64,000 nucleotides of DNA, from positions 64,001-128,000 of the forward strand of contig BK006944.2 of NCBI GenBank assembly GCA_000146045.2, read 5' to 3'. Under the pieces are notes generated by a model that saw nothing but the letters and a program-made list of their open reading frames with translations, searched no databases and was not told the DNA's origin. Positions 10,221-20,703 of the stretch are shown piece by piece (within the stretch, counting starts at the first letter, position 1; each line of letters starts with the position of its first letter). The translations under genes and the position numbers were made by a program. The DNA comes from TPA_inf: Saccharomyces (Eukaryota).

Positions 10221-10560
10221 GGTTACATAGAATTAGTTTAAACAAAAACCAACTATCCTCTAATATCCATGGTACGAGTATATATAATTGTATGAAGTGT
10301 AAGAATATGATATAAATAATGAGAGCACTCATAGAGAGTAACGGCGCTGAATTGTAAGAACTGTCACGTAGTAACACAATCACTGAAAGCATATAAAGTG
10401 AAATGAGAAACGGTAGTAATATCATATGCATTACCAATTCCTTTTAGTGAATTTCCATGTGCCCGAGGGGGGACTTCCAGTATATTCTGTTACATTTAAG
10501 TAAATACTTCATCAACAAATAGGGCCCAGCGGTTTCTTACACTAATTATACATTTACAAC
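10221..10560 (+). mobile_element. Degenerate solo delta-like LTR (Ty1/Ty2 family), ending about 64 bp upstream of tRNA-Asn.
   Basis: By-eye alignment to the Ty1 delta consensus, with roughly 65-70% of positions matching by eye; I did not count it. Matching blocks are AAACCAACTATCCTCTAATATC ~ AAATCAACTATCATCTACTAAC, ATTCCTTTTAGTGAATTTCCATGTGCCCGAGG ~ ATTCCATTTTGAGGATTCCTATATCCTCGAGG, and TCATCAACAAATAGGG ~ TTATCAACAATGGAAT. It is a typical Ty target upstream of a Pol III gene. Confidence 0.55.
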
Positions 10561-10623
10561 GTAAATGCTCCAGCTCAAGCATTATTTATATATCTTGTTT
10601 TCAAAAGAAAAATATAGCAATTA

Positions 10624-10697
10624 GACTCCATGGCCAAGTTGGTTAAGGCGTGCGACTGTTAATCGCAAGATCGTGAGTTCAACCCTCACTGGGGTCG
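10624..10697 (+). tRNA. tN(GUU)K: tRNA-Asn (anticodon GUU).
   Basis: GACTCCATGGCCAAGTTGGTTAAGGCGTGCGACTGTTAATCGCAAGATCGTGAGTTCAACCCTCACTGGGGTCG. The A box (TGGCCAAGTTGG) and B box (GGTTCAACCC) are present, and the anticodon loop is cT-GTT-Aa. It matches the yeast tRNA-Asn sequence as I recall it. Confidence 0.93.
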
Positions 10698-10931
10698 CTT
10701 ATTTTTAACTTTTTTACACTGAAGAAACAAATCAATTCTAATACAATGCCAATGGCTTCAAATCAACCTTTGGTTATAATAGTTAGGAGAATCGATGCTT
10801 ACATAGTATATTATTTAAACAATTAATTTGATTTAAAAGATTTTTGTTTCCCTTGCTGCTGTCATTGGCTTTCTAAATTACATAAAGCAGATGAAAAGCC
10901 ACACTATGCTGAAAATAGTGTGTGGATGCAT

Positions 10932-11534
10932 CTACATGATGATGCAACACGAATTGGATTTTTTAGCTTGCTTATAAAACATTTTGGAACTTGCCGTTAA
11001 TGACTCCGATTTGTCCACCAAATTATCCAACTTTTCACCTCTTTGTAAAACATTCTCAATCGTTTTGTGCAAAACGATTTTCGTCTCATCCAGTTCTTGT
11101 TGAACTTTCATGATAGCGTCAGCCTGTGAAGGATCTTGATATTTGCTAATGTAAGTGTCCAGTTGCTTCATTTTCAATGCATCATTGGTCTCAGTCACAT
11201 CTGCCCACTCTTCCTTAGGATGTGCGACTAAATATTCATCCAATATTTTGTTTAATAGTGTGTATGCTGGTCTGACAGGATATTCTTTGTCGGTGATCAA
11301 AACACCACATATGCCCTCACTCCTGGCATAAACGTGGCCAATATAGTTGCCTTCTTCTATACTTTGTCTTTGTCCTGCACCAGTTCTAGAAGCGACCGTT
11401 TCAGCAAAAAAAGTCATAAACTGGCCAACACTAGACCTTTCAAAGAAACCAAATTGTGACAAGTCTTTAACTTCACTCAACTCTAGAGCCTTTTCTCCTC
11501 CAGAGCGAAATACACCGATGTAGTAGATTCTCAT
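10932..11534 (-). CDS. YKT6: YKT6, R-SNARE with a longin domain, lipid-anchored through a C-terminal CCIIM motif.
   Basis: A 200-aa protein [22 protein letters not shown]...[10 protein letters not shown]. The ORF-track start at 11540 adds two residues (MA); the true Met is 11534. Confidence 0.92.
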   Translation of the reverse strand: MRIYYIGVFRSGGEKALELSEVKDLSQFGFFERSSVGQFMTFFAETVASRTGAGQRQSIEEGNYIGHVYARSEGICGVLITDKEYPVRPAYTLLNKILDEYLVAHPKEEWADVTETNDALKMKQLDTYISKYQDPSQADAIMKVQQELDETKIVLHKTIENVLQRGEKLDNLVDKSESLTASSKMFYKQAKKSNSCCIIM

Positions 11535-11820
11535 TGCCAAAATAACTTCTCTAGTGATACGTAAAGCTTCAGAAATGCCCTAGCCTGGTCTAACGCAGTC
11601 AAACTGTGCCAGAGACTTTTGTATATTGTTCATGTTGATATCTATTGTGCTTGCTCTTGATTTCACACCAAGCCAATCGTTCTGTACGGCACGCCACCCA
11701 ATAAGAAAAAAAGGGAAAAGGAGCCGAATTTTGGTTTAAAAACATATAATGCTGAAATTGTGGAACACCAATTACCAACTGGAAGTAGGCTCGATCCAAA
11801 GAGTGTATATTATCAGTAAA

Positions 11821-13032
11821 ATGCTTCGCAACTTAGTCGTCAGGAATGCGTGCAGAAACAGGCCGTCAATTCAAGTGGCAAGGGGGTTATGCCGACACCA
11901 AACAAGACGTCTCATGGCGTCCTCCCCTCAGTTCGGTAGGAACTCCAATCAGGAAAAAACAGCGGGCTTTATAATGGGGATTCTTTCTATGGCTGGTGCT
12001 TTATATTTTATTGCTCCTAATAGGAAGCCTCTTTTCGCCTCAAGGAAGGTAGAATCCGATAAAACCGCAGAGGAAGAGCTTTCCAGTGGTGGTGAGCAAT
12101 CACCAGAAAATGAAGATGACAACAACAGCAAAAGCGATGAAAATGGAGATGACAACGACAGCAAAAACGATGAAACTGAAGCTGGCCCTCAATTAGGGGG
12201 TGATAAAATTGGTGCTTCAAAAGTAGCTGAAGATGGTGAATTGGTTGTTCTAGCAGAAGAAGACAACAAGTCTTCCGAAGATAAAGATACTGATGAATCA
12301 AAGGTATCAACCAAAGATGATGAGCAATCCAATGAAGACAATGCCACCGCTAACAATCAAAAGGATGAAAACATAAGTTCTGAGAACTCGGAAGAAAATA
12401 CTAGTGACAAAACACTAGACAACAATGCTGGATCTTCTGAAAAAAAAGATCCAGAACATTCAGATGATGAAAAATCGCAACAGGGACAATCTGATGACAA
12501 GACAACTACTGAAGATAATAATGGAGAAGAAGAATCCTCAAAAAAAACTGTAAGTGACTCGGAAAATTCAGCTAAGCAATCTGAATCTAGCGATGAAGAG
12601 AAAGAAGAACTAAGAAAACAAGAGGAAAAGCAAATGGGTCCTACTGAAGAAGAGGTTCAACACGAAGGTGCTTATAACCCAGACACTGGTGAGATAAATT
12701 GGGACTGTCCTTGCTTGGGAGGTATGGCCCATGGACCCTGTGGTGAAGAGTTCAAATCTGCATTTTCTTGCTTCGTCTATTCTGAAGCTGAACCAAAAGG
12801 TATCGACTGTGTTGAAAAGTTTCAACATATGCAAGACTGTTTCAGAAAATACCCCGAGCATTATGCAGAACAACTAAAGGAAACATCTGATGATGAGGAA
12901 CCTCAAGACAAAGTAAAGGTCAACACAATAGAATCAGCGCCAAATGTTTCAAGCGCAAAGGAAAATGCTGCGAAAAAAGCAGAGCAATCAGATGTGAAAA
13001 AAGAACCATTGAATGAGGAATCCAAACCTTAA
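11821..13032 (+). CDS. MIA40: MIA40 (TIM40), oxidoreductase of the mitochondrial intermembrane-space disulfide relay.
   Basis: A 403-aa protein [14 protein letters not shown]... with an N-terminal presequence and TM segment, a long acidic/Ser-rich linker, and a C-terminal CPC plus twin CX9C core ([46 protein letters not shown]). The ORF-track start at 11749 is an upstream non-native start. Confidence 0.9.
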   Translation: MLRNLVVRNACRNRPSIQVARGLCRHQTRRLMASSPQFGRNSNQEKTAGFIMGILSMAGALYFIAPNRKPLFASRKVESDKTAEEELSSGGEQSPENEDDNNSKSDENGDDNDSKNDETEAGPQLGGDKIGASKVAEDGELVVLAEEDNKSSEDKDTDESKVSTKDDEQSNEDNATANNQKDENISSENSEENTSDKTLDNNAGSSEKKDPEHSDDEKSQQGQSDDKTTTEDNNGEEESSKKTVSDSENSAKQSESSDEEKEELRKQEEKQMGPTEEEVQHEGAYNPDTGEINWDCPCLGGMAHGPCGEEFKSAFSCFVYSEAEPKGIDCVEKFQHMQDCFRKYPEHYAEQLKETSDDEEPQDKVKVNTIESAPNVSSAKENAAKKAEQSDVKKEPLNEESKP

Positions 13033-13257
13033 AATCTCCTGAAAATCTCCCGAACGTAAAAAGTATAAAAGTATAAAGGATGATACATGTAAATACAGTA
13101 ATATTATCTTAGTTTAATGACTACATATGGTATAATATGTGAAATATACATGAATTAATGCATCTGTGGGGCGGATGAGTCTAGTCTCTGTATGAATCCA
13201 GCTATACATCAAATCGTATCCTTTTATTTACAGGGCAAGTTTGTCATATATTTTAAG

Positions 13258-14646
13258 TTACTTGTAGTTTTTTTCCAGCTCAATAAATTTTTCCCAAATT
13301 TGAGACATTGTAAGTTTCTCGAAACTCTTTCTATTATCACGTTCTCGAATGTTGTATTTCTGTAACTGTACTTCCTCATCACCCACGATAATTAAATAGG
13401 AATAGTTTTTCAAAATGGCCGACTTGATCCTATACCCTACGGGTTCGTTTCTTATGTCGAGATCAACATTGAAATGCCAATCATTTAAAGGAACTGGTTC
13501 CATGTCGTCGGCTTCCAGTTCATTACGTAGTTTTTTCTGCAAGGCAGTGCACATGTCTAGCTGTTGCACATTTTTCGTATTGACGGGAATAATTACAGCT
13601 TGGTAAGGATTCAACCAAAACGGCCAACGGCCCTCATTAGAATCTATCAGTAAAGCCATAAATCTTTCGATAGAACCAAAAGTAGCTCTATGAATCATAA
13701 TTGGCCTCTTGTACGAGTTGTCTTGATCCTTGAATTTCAAATCGAACCTCTCAGGTAGCTGAAAGTCCAACTGAATAGTAGCGACTTGATGAGTTTTGCG
13801 TAAATGGTCCGTAACCATTATATCCAACTTTGGACCATAGAACGCACCATCACCAGGGTTCAGTTTCCACGGTTTGCCTGATTCTTCCAAGATTTCCTTG
13901 AGTACTTGCTCAGCATGATTCCAAACTTTGAGGTCTCCAATGAAGTGATCCGGTCTTGTAGAAAAGTTTATAAAATAATTGCTCTCTGCTCCAGAACCTC
14001 CTTTAACAAAGGGGAAAATTTTGTTGTAAACTATGTCGATTAATTTTAAAGAGTTGAAAATTTCTGATTTCACTTGGGAAGGAGTGCAAAAGATATGACC
14101 ATCGTCTTGATGGAACTTCCTTAGTCTAGTCAATCCCGACAGTGCACCAGAAGCTTCATTTCTATGTAGTGGTGAAAAATCAGAGAAGCGTAGGGGAAGT
14201 TCGTTATACGATCTATCCTTTTTACCGAAGATCAGACAATGGCCTGGGCAATTCATCGGTTTTAAACCGTATTCCTCCTTTTCTTCATCCGTAGTTTCCA
14301 CCTTAAACATGTCATCAGCATAATTTTCCCAGTGACCAGACTTTTCCCAAAGAGTCTTTTTGTAAATCAAAGGCGTCACAACTTCATTAAAACCAAATTT
14401 GAACTTTTGTTGTAACTTCATAAACTCTATCAATTTGTTGAAAATCTTAGCACCATTTGGAAGAAAGAACATGGATCCAGGAGATAGTGGATCTGTCATG
14501 AAAAGATCTTGCCTCTGAGATACCATGGATGTCATAGTAGCTGGAGTCGCCGACGAAGCGTTCTTAGTGGCCTTTCTCGTAGAGTAGAAAGCACGATTCC
14601 AAAGAGCATTGCGAGAACAATGCCATCTTACAAGTTGTATTTTCAT
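13258..14646 (-). CDS. MST1: MST1, mitochondrial threonyl-tRNA synthetase (class II aaRS).
   Basis: A 462-aa ORF with a class-II catalytic core and a C-terminal anticodon-binding domain. I recognise it as YKL194C. Confidence 0.88.
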   Translation of the reverse strand: MKIQLVRWHCSRNALWNRAFYSTRKATKNASSATPATMTSMVSQRQDLFMTDPLSPGSMFFLPNGAKIFNKLIEFMKLQQKFKFGFNEVVTPLIYKKTLWEKSGHWENYADDMFKVETTDEEKEEYGLKPMNCPGHCLIFGKKDRSYNELPLRFSDFSPLHRNEASGALSGLTRLRKFHQDDGHIFCTPSQVKSEIFNSLKLIDIVYNKIFPFVKGGSGAESNYFINFSTRPDHFIGDLKVWNHAEQVLKEILEESGKPWKLNPGDGAFYGPKLDIMVTDHLRKTHQVATIQLDFQLPERFDLKFKDQDNSYKRPIMIHRATFGSIERFMALLIDSNEGRWPFWLNPYQAVIIPVNTKNVQQLDMCTALQKKLRNELEADDMEPVPLNDWHFNVDLDIRNEPVGYRIKSAILKNYSYLIIVGDEEVQLQKYNIRERDNRKSFEKLTMSQIWEKFIELEKNYK

Positions 14647-14798
14647 ATTGCGAGACAGAAGGACGTGCCCTTAGCTATTGCATATGTTTTTCTTTATGTA
14701 GTTCAGCAGCTCTTCTTTTTTTCATGCTCGAGGTTTTTAAGGGCGAACTTTAACTAGATGGATTATTCAGTTTTTTTTAAAAGGATCAAAATCCTACA

Positions 14799-14840
14799 TT
14801 ATATATATATATATATATATATGTTTGTGTGTGTATATAA
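14799..14840. repeat. (AT)n dinucleotide repeat followed by a short (GT)n and TATATA tract, in the MST1/SDS22 intergenic region.
   Basis: atatatatatatatatatatatatgtttgtgtgtgtatataa is seen directly. Confidence 0.8.
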
Positions 14841-14865
14841 AAAAAAAATCATTTCTTGATCAAGA

Positions 14866-15882
14866 TCAGCCTCTTATATATGTCGCATCAATCTTCTGTA
14901 GGGATGGAGGTAAGTTCATAGTCAGTTTTCTTCTATACGAAGTCTTATTTTCCAGTTGAATAGGGTTTCCCTCCAGATAAATGGTCTCCAAGCGTGATAG
15001 GGCGGACAGGTTTTCACCCAAGCTCTCAAAGGATTGATCTATCTTGTTAAAGGAGGCCCATATGTCAGTTAAATTTGACAGGTGGTTCAAGTTTTCCAGG
15101 GAGGTAATTTTGTTGGAGGTCACGTCCAAAGTAGTTAGTTTTAGGTTTTTCTCTAGACCTTCAATCTTGGTGATGAAATTATGTGACAGATAGAGCTCTT
15201 CAAGATTGGTCAACTCTTCTAGATTTTCAATTTTTTTTAATTTATTAGATTGGATGGACAATATCTTCAAATTCTTTAAAGGATGTAAGTTAATAAGTCT
15301 TGGTATGGAATTTTTACCCAACCAAATTTCTTCCAAGTTTGACAGACCTTCGAAGGAATCGGGTTCAATAGAATGAACCTTATTACCACCTAATTCTAAG
15401 TTTTTCAGTGATTTCAAAGTGGACAGATTTTCAATTTTGGAAATGCTGTTCTGCACGAAGTATAAATTCTCCAGATCAGTCAAATTTTCTAGATTTTTGA
15501 TGTGCTTGATCTTGTTAAACGACAGGTCTAGAGACGTTAATTTGGTGAGCTTATTAACATTAGAGGAGATATGTTTAATTTTGTTATCGTAAAAATCAAG
15601 GTCAACAATCTTGTCATGGGGTAAAACTTCCACTTCGCTTATGCTTTCGATCAGGTTCTGTCTGAGACATAATTGTTTCAAATTCTTGAACCTATAAAGG
15701 TTCAAATCTTCTAACGATTTGATTTTTAGATGGACCAAGTCAATAACCTCTACATCATCAGGCAGATCTTGTGTCAGTTCCGAATCTGCAGTGATGAAGT
15801 CAGGATTTGTATCGTCTACAACCTCAATCTTGTGTCTTTCGTCTTTTTCTTCACTATCTTTGTTAACTGAATTCTTATCCAT
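14866..15882 (-). CDS. SDS22: SDS22, leucine-rich-repeat regulatory subunit of PP1 (Glc7).
   Basis: A 338-aa ORF made of about eleven 22-residue LRRs (LxxLxxLxxLxLxxNxIxxIxN). I recognise it as YKL193C. Confidence 0.9.
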   Translation of the reverse strand: MDKNSVNKDSEEKDERHKIEVVDDTNPDFITADSELTQDLPDDVEVIDLVHLKIKSLEDLNLYRFKNLKQLCLRQNLIESISEVEVLPHDKIVDLDFYDNKIKHISSNVNKLTKLTSLDLSFNKIKHIKNLENLTDLENLYFVQNSISKIENLSTLKSLKNLELGGNKVHSIEPDSFEGLSNLEEIWLGKNSIPRLINLHPLKNLKILSIQSNKLKKIENLEELTNLEELYLSHNFITKIEGLEKNLKLTTLDVTSNKITSLENLNHLSNLTDIWASFNKIDQSFESLGENLSALSRLETIYLEGNPIQLENKTSYRRKLTMNLPPSLQKIDATYIRG

Positions 15883-16159
15883 AATGATGGCTATGTGGTG
15901 CTAGATTTCTTCCGACTTCTTGCTATTTTCATTCAAAAGGTTATACATGTTTTATTTTTCAACAGTACCTTAATATATAATAATTCGGGGCCAAAATAAC
16001 AAACAACGAGAAAAAGGGAGGAGAGAGTAAAGTATAGTATTAACAGGGCTGGTTATATAGATATATATATATACGGGTCAATCGATCTATTTATATACAT
16101 ACGAATATAATATGACATGGGGGTGACACGATACAATATAATAGAGCGGGGACGGACAC

Positions 16160-16537
16160 TTAGTTTGCGTCGGGATTGGAAGCGATATAATCGACCGTTT
16201 CACCAACACTTCTCAACTCATCAGCCACTTTGTCAGGGATTTCAATATCAAATTCTTCTTCAATAGCTACGAGCAGCTCGACAGTGTCCAAGGAGTCCAA
16301 CCCCAAATCCTTGTGAAATTGGGTATCGCTGGAGATTTGCTTGTTGGCAATGTTGGGAGAGTTCTTATCAAACGCCTTGATAACATCAATGACCCTTTGA
16401 GAAACCTGATCTTTGCTCAAGTTTGCAGAATAAAATCTTTGTGCGAGTATGGTGTTGGACATAACGGAACGGCCCATTATAGTGCGGTACGCAGAAGGTG
16501 CCACGCGGGAAGAAATGCGGCAAACGGATCTAAACAT
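16160..16537 (-). CDS. ACP1: ACP1, mitochondrial acyl carrier protein.
   Basis: A 125-aa ORF with a mitochondrial presequence and the phosphopantetheine-attachment motif [12 protein letters not shown]. Confidence 0.9.
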   Translation of the reverse strand: MFRSVCRISSRVAPSAYRTIMGRSVMSNTILAQRFYSANLSKDQVSQRVIDVIKAFDKNSPNIANKQISSDTQFHKDLGLDSLDTVELLVAIEEEFDIEIPDKVADELRSVGETVDYIASNPDAN

Positions 16538-17034
16538 GGCAAGGAAGGTGCTGTATTGAGTTAGTTGTGTTGTTTGTACTAATTACACTGCAAGTGTGAC
16601 TATTCTTCCTTTTGCTTCGTCATCACCACCTTTCTCTTTTACTCAGAACCCGTTCGAAGGGGCGAAGAAAGAAGCAATTGACAAATAATCTGTATTCCGT
16701 CAACAGTGATATATGTCACGTGACTCTGATAAAACTCCATGGAGTCTCTTCGGAGTGTATGTGTGAAAAGAATAATACATATAAGACATCTACAGGATCA
16801 GTCTGATAGTTTTAATGCTATGGTAGACTTCAGAATGTCTTTTTAAGTATGCCATTTGGTTAAATCTGTCCTTTTATATGTACTTGGTGCTTCTTTTTTC
16901 TTTACTTTTTTTTTTTTCAGTGAGAAGCTCATCGCAACAAGAAGAAAAAAGACTAGTTCAAAGGTAAAAGAGTTAAGATGATTAGTGATGGATTTCTAAG
17001 TGGCAGCGTTGAAAGATCGTGCAAAGGTTGAAAA

Positions 17035-18639
17035 ATGGAAGTTGCACCGGCCTTATCGACTACTCAGTCGGACGTGGCGTTTCAGAAGGTGGAGACACAT
17101 GAAATTGACAGGTCTTCATACTTGGGGCCATGTTATAATAGCGATGAGCTTATGCAACTTATCTCGGCTTATTACAATGTCGAGCCTCTCGTGGGTTATC
17201 TGGAACAGCACCCGGAGTACCAAAACGTGACCTTGCAGTTTCCTGACGATTTAATCAAGGACTCCTCGTTGATAGTAAGGCTGCTGCAATCGAAATTTCC
17301 CCATGGGAAGATAAAGTTTTGGGTTTTAGCTGACACAGCGTACAGTGCATGCTGTGTAGACGAGGTCGCTGCTGAACACGTACATGCAGAAGTCGTGGTA
17401 CATTTTGGTGACGCATGTTTGAACGCCATCCAAAACTTGCCCGTGGTTTACTCATTCGGAACTCCATTTTTGGATTTGGCACTGGTGGTGGAGAACTTTC
17501 AGAGGGCATTCCCAGACTTATCCTCCAAAATTTGTTTGATGGCAAACGCACCCTTCTCTAAGCATTTGTCACAGCTGTACAATATTTTGAAGGGCGACCT
17601 GCACTACACAAATATCATATATTCCCAAGTGAACACCTCTGCGGTAGAAGAAAAATTCGTAACCATACTTGACACCTTTCACGTTCCCGAAGACGTAGAC
17701 CAGGTGGGTGTGTTCGAAAAAAATAGCGTGCTGTTTGGTCAGCACGACAAAGCAGACAACATCTCGCCCGAGGACTATCATCTTTTCCATTTGACCACCC
17801 CACAGGATCCGAGATTACTGTATTTGTCTACTGTGTTTCAATCTGTTCATATTTTCGATCCGGCTTTACCTGGCATGGTAACGGGGCCATTTCCCTCTCT
17901 AATGAGGCGTTACAAGTACATGCATGTGGCAAGAACAGCGGGATGTATAGGTATTCTGGTCAACACGCTGTCGCTACGTAATACAAGAGAAACTATCAAC
18001 GAGCTGGTCAAGCTTATCAAAACTCGTGAGAAAAAACACTATTTATTTGTTGTCGGAAAGCCAAATGTGGCCAAGCTAGCAAACTTTGAAGATATTGATA
18101 TTTGGTGCATTCTCGGTTGTAGCCAAAGCGGTATCATCGTTGATCAATTCAACGAGTTTTACAAGCCCATTATTACACCTTATGAATTAAACTTGGCCTT
18201 GAGCGAAGAGGTCACATGGACCGGGAAATGGGTTGTGGACTTCAGAGACGCCATTGATGAAATCGAGCAGAATTTGGGCGGACAAGATACCATCTCTGCC
18301 AGCACAACTTCCGATGAACCGGAGTTTGATGTAGTTAGGGGAAGATATACTAGCACATCAAGACCACTGCGAGCGCTAACGCACCTGGAGTTAGAGGCGG
18401 CCGACGACGACGATTCCAAACAACTGACTACAAGACATACCGCCTCAGGTGCCGTCATTAAAGGTACTGTATCCACTTCAGCATCAGCACTGCAGAATCG
18501 TTCGTGGAAAGGTCTAGGAAGCGATTTCGACTCTACTGAGGTTGATAATACTGGAGCGGATATCGAAGAAGGTATTTCCGGTGTCGCACGTGGTTATGGA
18601 TTTGATCGCGAAGACGCTATGAAAAAGGAAAACAAATGA
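17035..18639 (+). CDS. DPH2: DPH2, diphthamide biosynthesis protein 2.
   Basis: A 534-aa ORF. I recognise it as YKL191W from the DPH1/DPH2 family fold with conserved Cys residues. Confidence 0.88.
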
Positions 18640-18946
18640 CTCTTATAATTTGTTTCCCTCGACTTCTCTATTTAAATCCAAGATTTTAACTAATAAACTA
18701 TTTAATAATAAAACAATTAACTCTTTATATGGAAGCCTTGGAAATTAGCCGCCAAAATGGGATATACATTCCGTGCGAAGTGACCGCGTGGAAGGCCGGG
18801 TATCATCTTAAAAATCACTAGTTTCTTTTTTAGCGGAATGCAATAAAGGTGCTTTGTGCTGGTGTGGTTTACACGGAACATCTAGTAGCTAAAACTTGGT
18901 AACTCAATGGTGATCAGAATCCATAGAAGCATTTTTATTTCTTAAA

Positions 18947-19550
18947 ATGGGTGCTGCTCCTTCCAAAATTGTGGATGGTCTTTTAGAAGATACAAATTGT
19001 ATGTACACTTCGGAGTGAGGAAAAGAAAGAAAGGGGAAATTAACCGATTTTACTAACACTGACACTTTGAACAGTTGATAGAGATGAAATTGAAAGGTTA
19101 AGGAAGAGATTCATGAAATTAGATAGAGATAGCTCAGGGTCTATTGATAAAAATGAATTTATGAGCATTCCTGGCGTTTCGTCAAACCCTCTTGCTGGAC
19201 GTATAATGGAGGTTTTCGATGCTGATAATAGTGGGGACGTGGATTTTCAAGAGTTCATCACAGGATTATCCATTTTCAGTGGGCGTGGGTCCAAGGACGA
19301 AAAGTTAAGATTCGCCTTCAAAATCTACGACATTGACAAGGACGGTTTCATATCCAATGGTGAGTTGTTCATCGTGTTGAAGATTATGGTAGGTTCTAAT
19401 CTGGACGATGAACAGCTGCAACAGATAGTAGATAGGACGATAGTGGAAAACGATAGCGACGGCGACGGACGTTTAAGTTTCGAGGAGTTTAAGAATGCTA
19501 TCGAAACCACAGAAGTGGCCAAGAGTCTGACATTGCAATACGATGTGTAA
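18947..19550 (+). CDS. CNB1: CNB1, calcineurin regulatory B subunit. It is spliced: exon 1 is 18947..18998 and exon 2 is 19074..19550.
   Basis: Exon 1 encodes [17 protein letters not shown](F), which carries an N-myristoylation signal. GTATGT lies at 18999, TACTAAC at 19050-19056, and the 3' splice-site CAG ends at 19073. The spliced product continues [29 protein letters not shown]... with four EF-hand loops. The total is 175 aa. Confidence 0.92.
18999..19073 (+). other. CNB1: CNB1 intron, 75 nt.
   Basis: Canonical yeast signals are present: 5' GTATGT, branchpoint TACTAAC, and 3' CAG. The intron is required to restore the reading frame. Confidence 0.9.
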
Positions 19551-19799
19551 GACTAGGGGACACTTCATTCATTTATGGTATGCCAATATTTTTAAGAAAA
19601 GAAGAATAATACGCGATATTGTTTTTTAAGGAAGGAACGCACACTCGCCCAGTTAGAGTGCTGATGATATATACATATATATATGTATATGTAACAAACA
19701 ATAAGAAAGCAATGATACAACATAGAGATGAGAGAGAGCATATATGTCAGCGACGAGATATACCAAGATGGAAGCTGATCTCATGTAATAACTGCGGGG

Positions 19800-20114
19800 T
19801 GTACTTTGATAATTTTTGGGATTCCATTGTTATTAATAGCTTTGATATCAGACATACAGAATACCAGAGATTTTCCTCAAAAATATGGCAATGCACAAAG
19901 GGGGATCAATAGTTATATAAATTAAGATTATTACTTCTTCTTTGTTTTATGTGTTGTTATTCACTATCCCACTGCATTATCAATCCTTACATATCAGCTT
20001 CCGTTAAACCCGATGACTATCTCTCAATCATCATACTATCTTCTTACACCGTATATGATAATTACCAGCAATACTAATGCTAGGAGACAGACCATCTTTG
20101 ATTCCTATTCCAAT
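19800..20114 (-). mobile_element. Solo Ty1/Ty2 delta LTR in minus orientation, about 94 bp upstream of tRNA-Leu(UAA).
   Basis: Strong by-eye match to the reverse complement of the delta consensus: TTGGGATTCCATTGTT...CATTATCAATCCTT..CAGCTTCC...GATGACTAT.TCTCA.TCAT....CTTCT.ACACCGTATATGATAAT...TTCCTATTCCAA. Confidence 0.75.
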
Positions 20115-20207
20115 AAAGTTAAACTGTGATATTGGTTTATTGGATAAGTTCATATCCTAAAACGTGTTGACAACACTTCGGGAGTTTCCAGTAAGTAAAA
20201 TTTGTAT

Positions 20208-20291
20208 GGAGGGTTGGCCGAGTGGTCTAAGGCGGCAGACTTAAGATCTGTTGGACGGTTGTCCGCGCGAGTTCGAACCTCGCATCCTTCA
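20208..20291 (+). tRNA. tL(UAA)K: tRNA-Leu (anticodon UAA), class II with a long variable arm.
   Basis: GGAGGGTTGGCCGAGTGGTCTAAGGCGGCAGACTTAAGATCTGTTGGACGGTTGTCCGCGCGAGTTCGAACCTCGCATCCTTCA. The anticodon loop is cT-TAA-Ga and the B box is GAGTTCGAACCTC. Confidence 0.93.
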
Positions 20292-20703
20292 GTAATTTTT
20301 TTTTTTAATTTATTTTTGTGTTGCAAGCGTTGATCCTTTCCATTATGCAGCCATAAGAGGAGGCTGGATATGAATTATTTATTACCAATATAAGGAGCAT
20401 GTACCGTTGATTTTGAAGAGCCAATTGCTCCAAATTTTGGATTTTGTGTTCGAAAAAGGGAAGATTGCTCCAAACGCAAATAAGGAGGAAACCCGCTGAT
20501 TGCACTCTTGGAAAAATAAAAATAAAAAGTGGTCTCAGAATTGTTTCAAAAGTGGCACTGACACAATATTTACAGGCGTTGATAGCTTCTTGTTTTAACA
20601 ATACGATTTAATCTCGGAGTAGTTAAGCCAAAGAATACGTGTTATCCGTAAGAGGCTTATTGCACGTAATCCCCAGTATAAATTATCCGCAAATCGAAGA
20701 CAA

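Noticed and set aside
10201-10437. 78-codon ORF on the minus strand.
   Set aside because: It lies entirely within the degenerate delta LTR and is hydrophobic low-complexity. It is typical LTR-derived spurious ORF.
11749-11820. Upstream extension of MIA40 suggested by the ORF track (start at 11749).
   Set aside because: The native Mia40 N-terminus MLRNLVV... begins at ATG 11821. The track start is not an ATG-supported native start.
19619-19912. 97-codon ORF on the plus strand between CNB1 and tRNA-Leu.
   Set aside because: It overlaps the reverse-oriented solo delta and adjacent LTR-like debris. It is not a gene.
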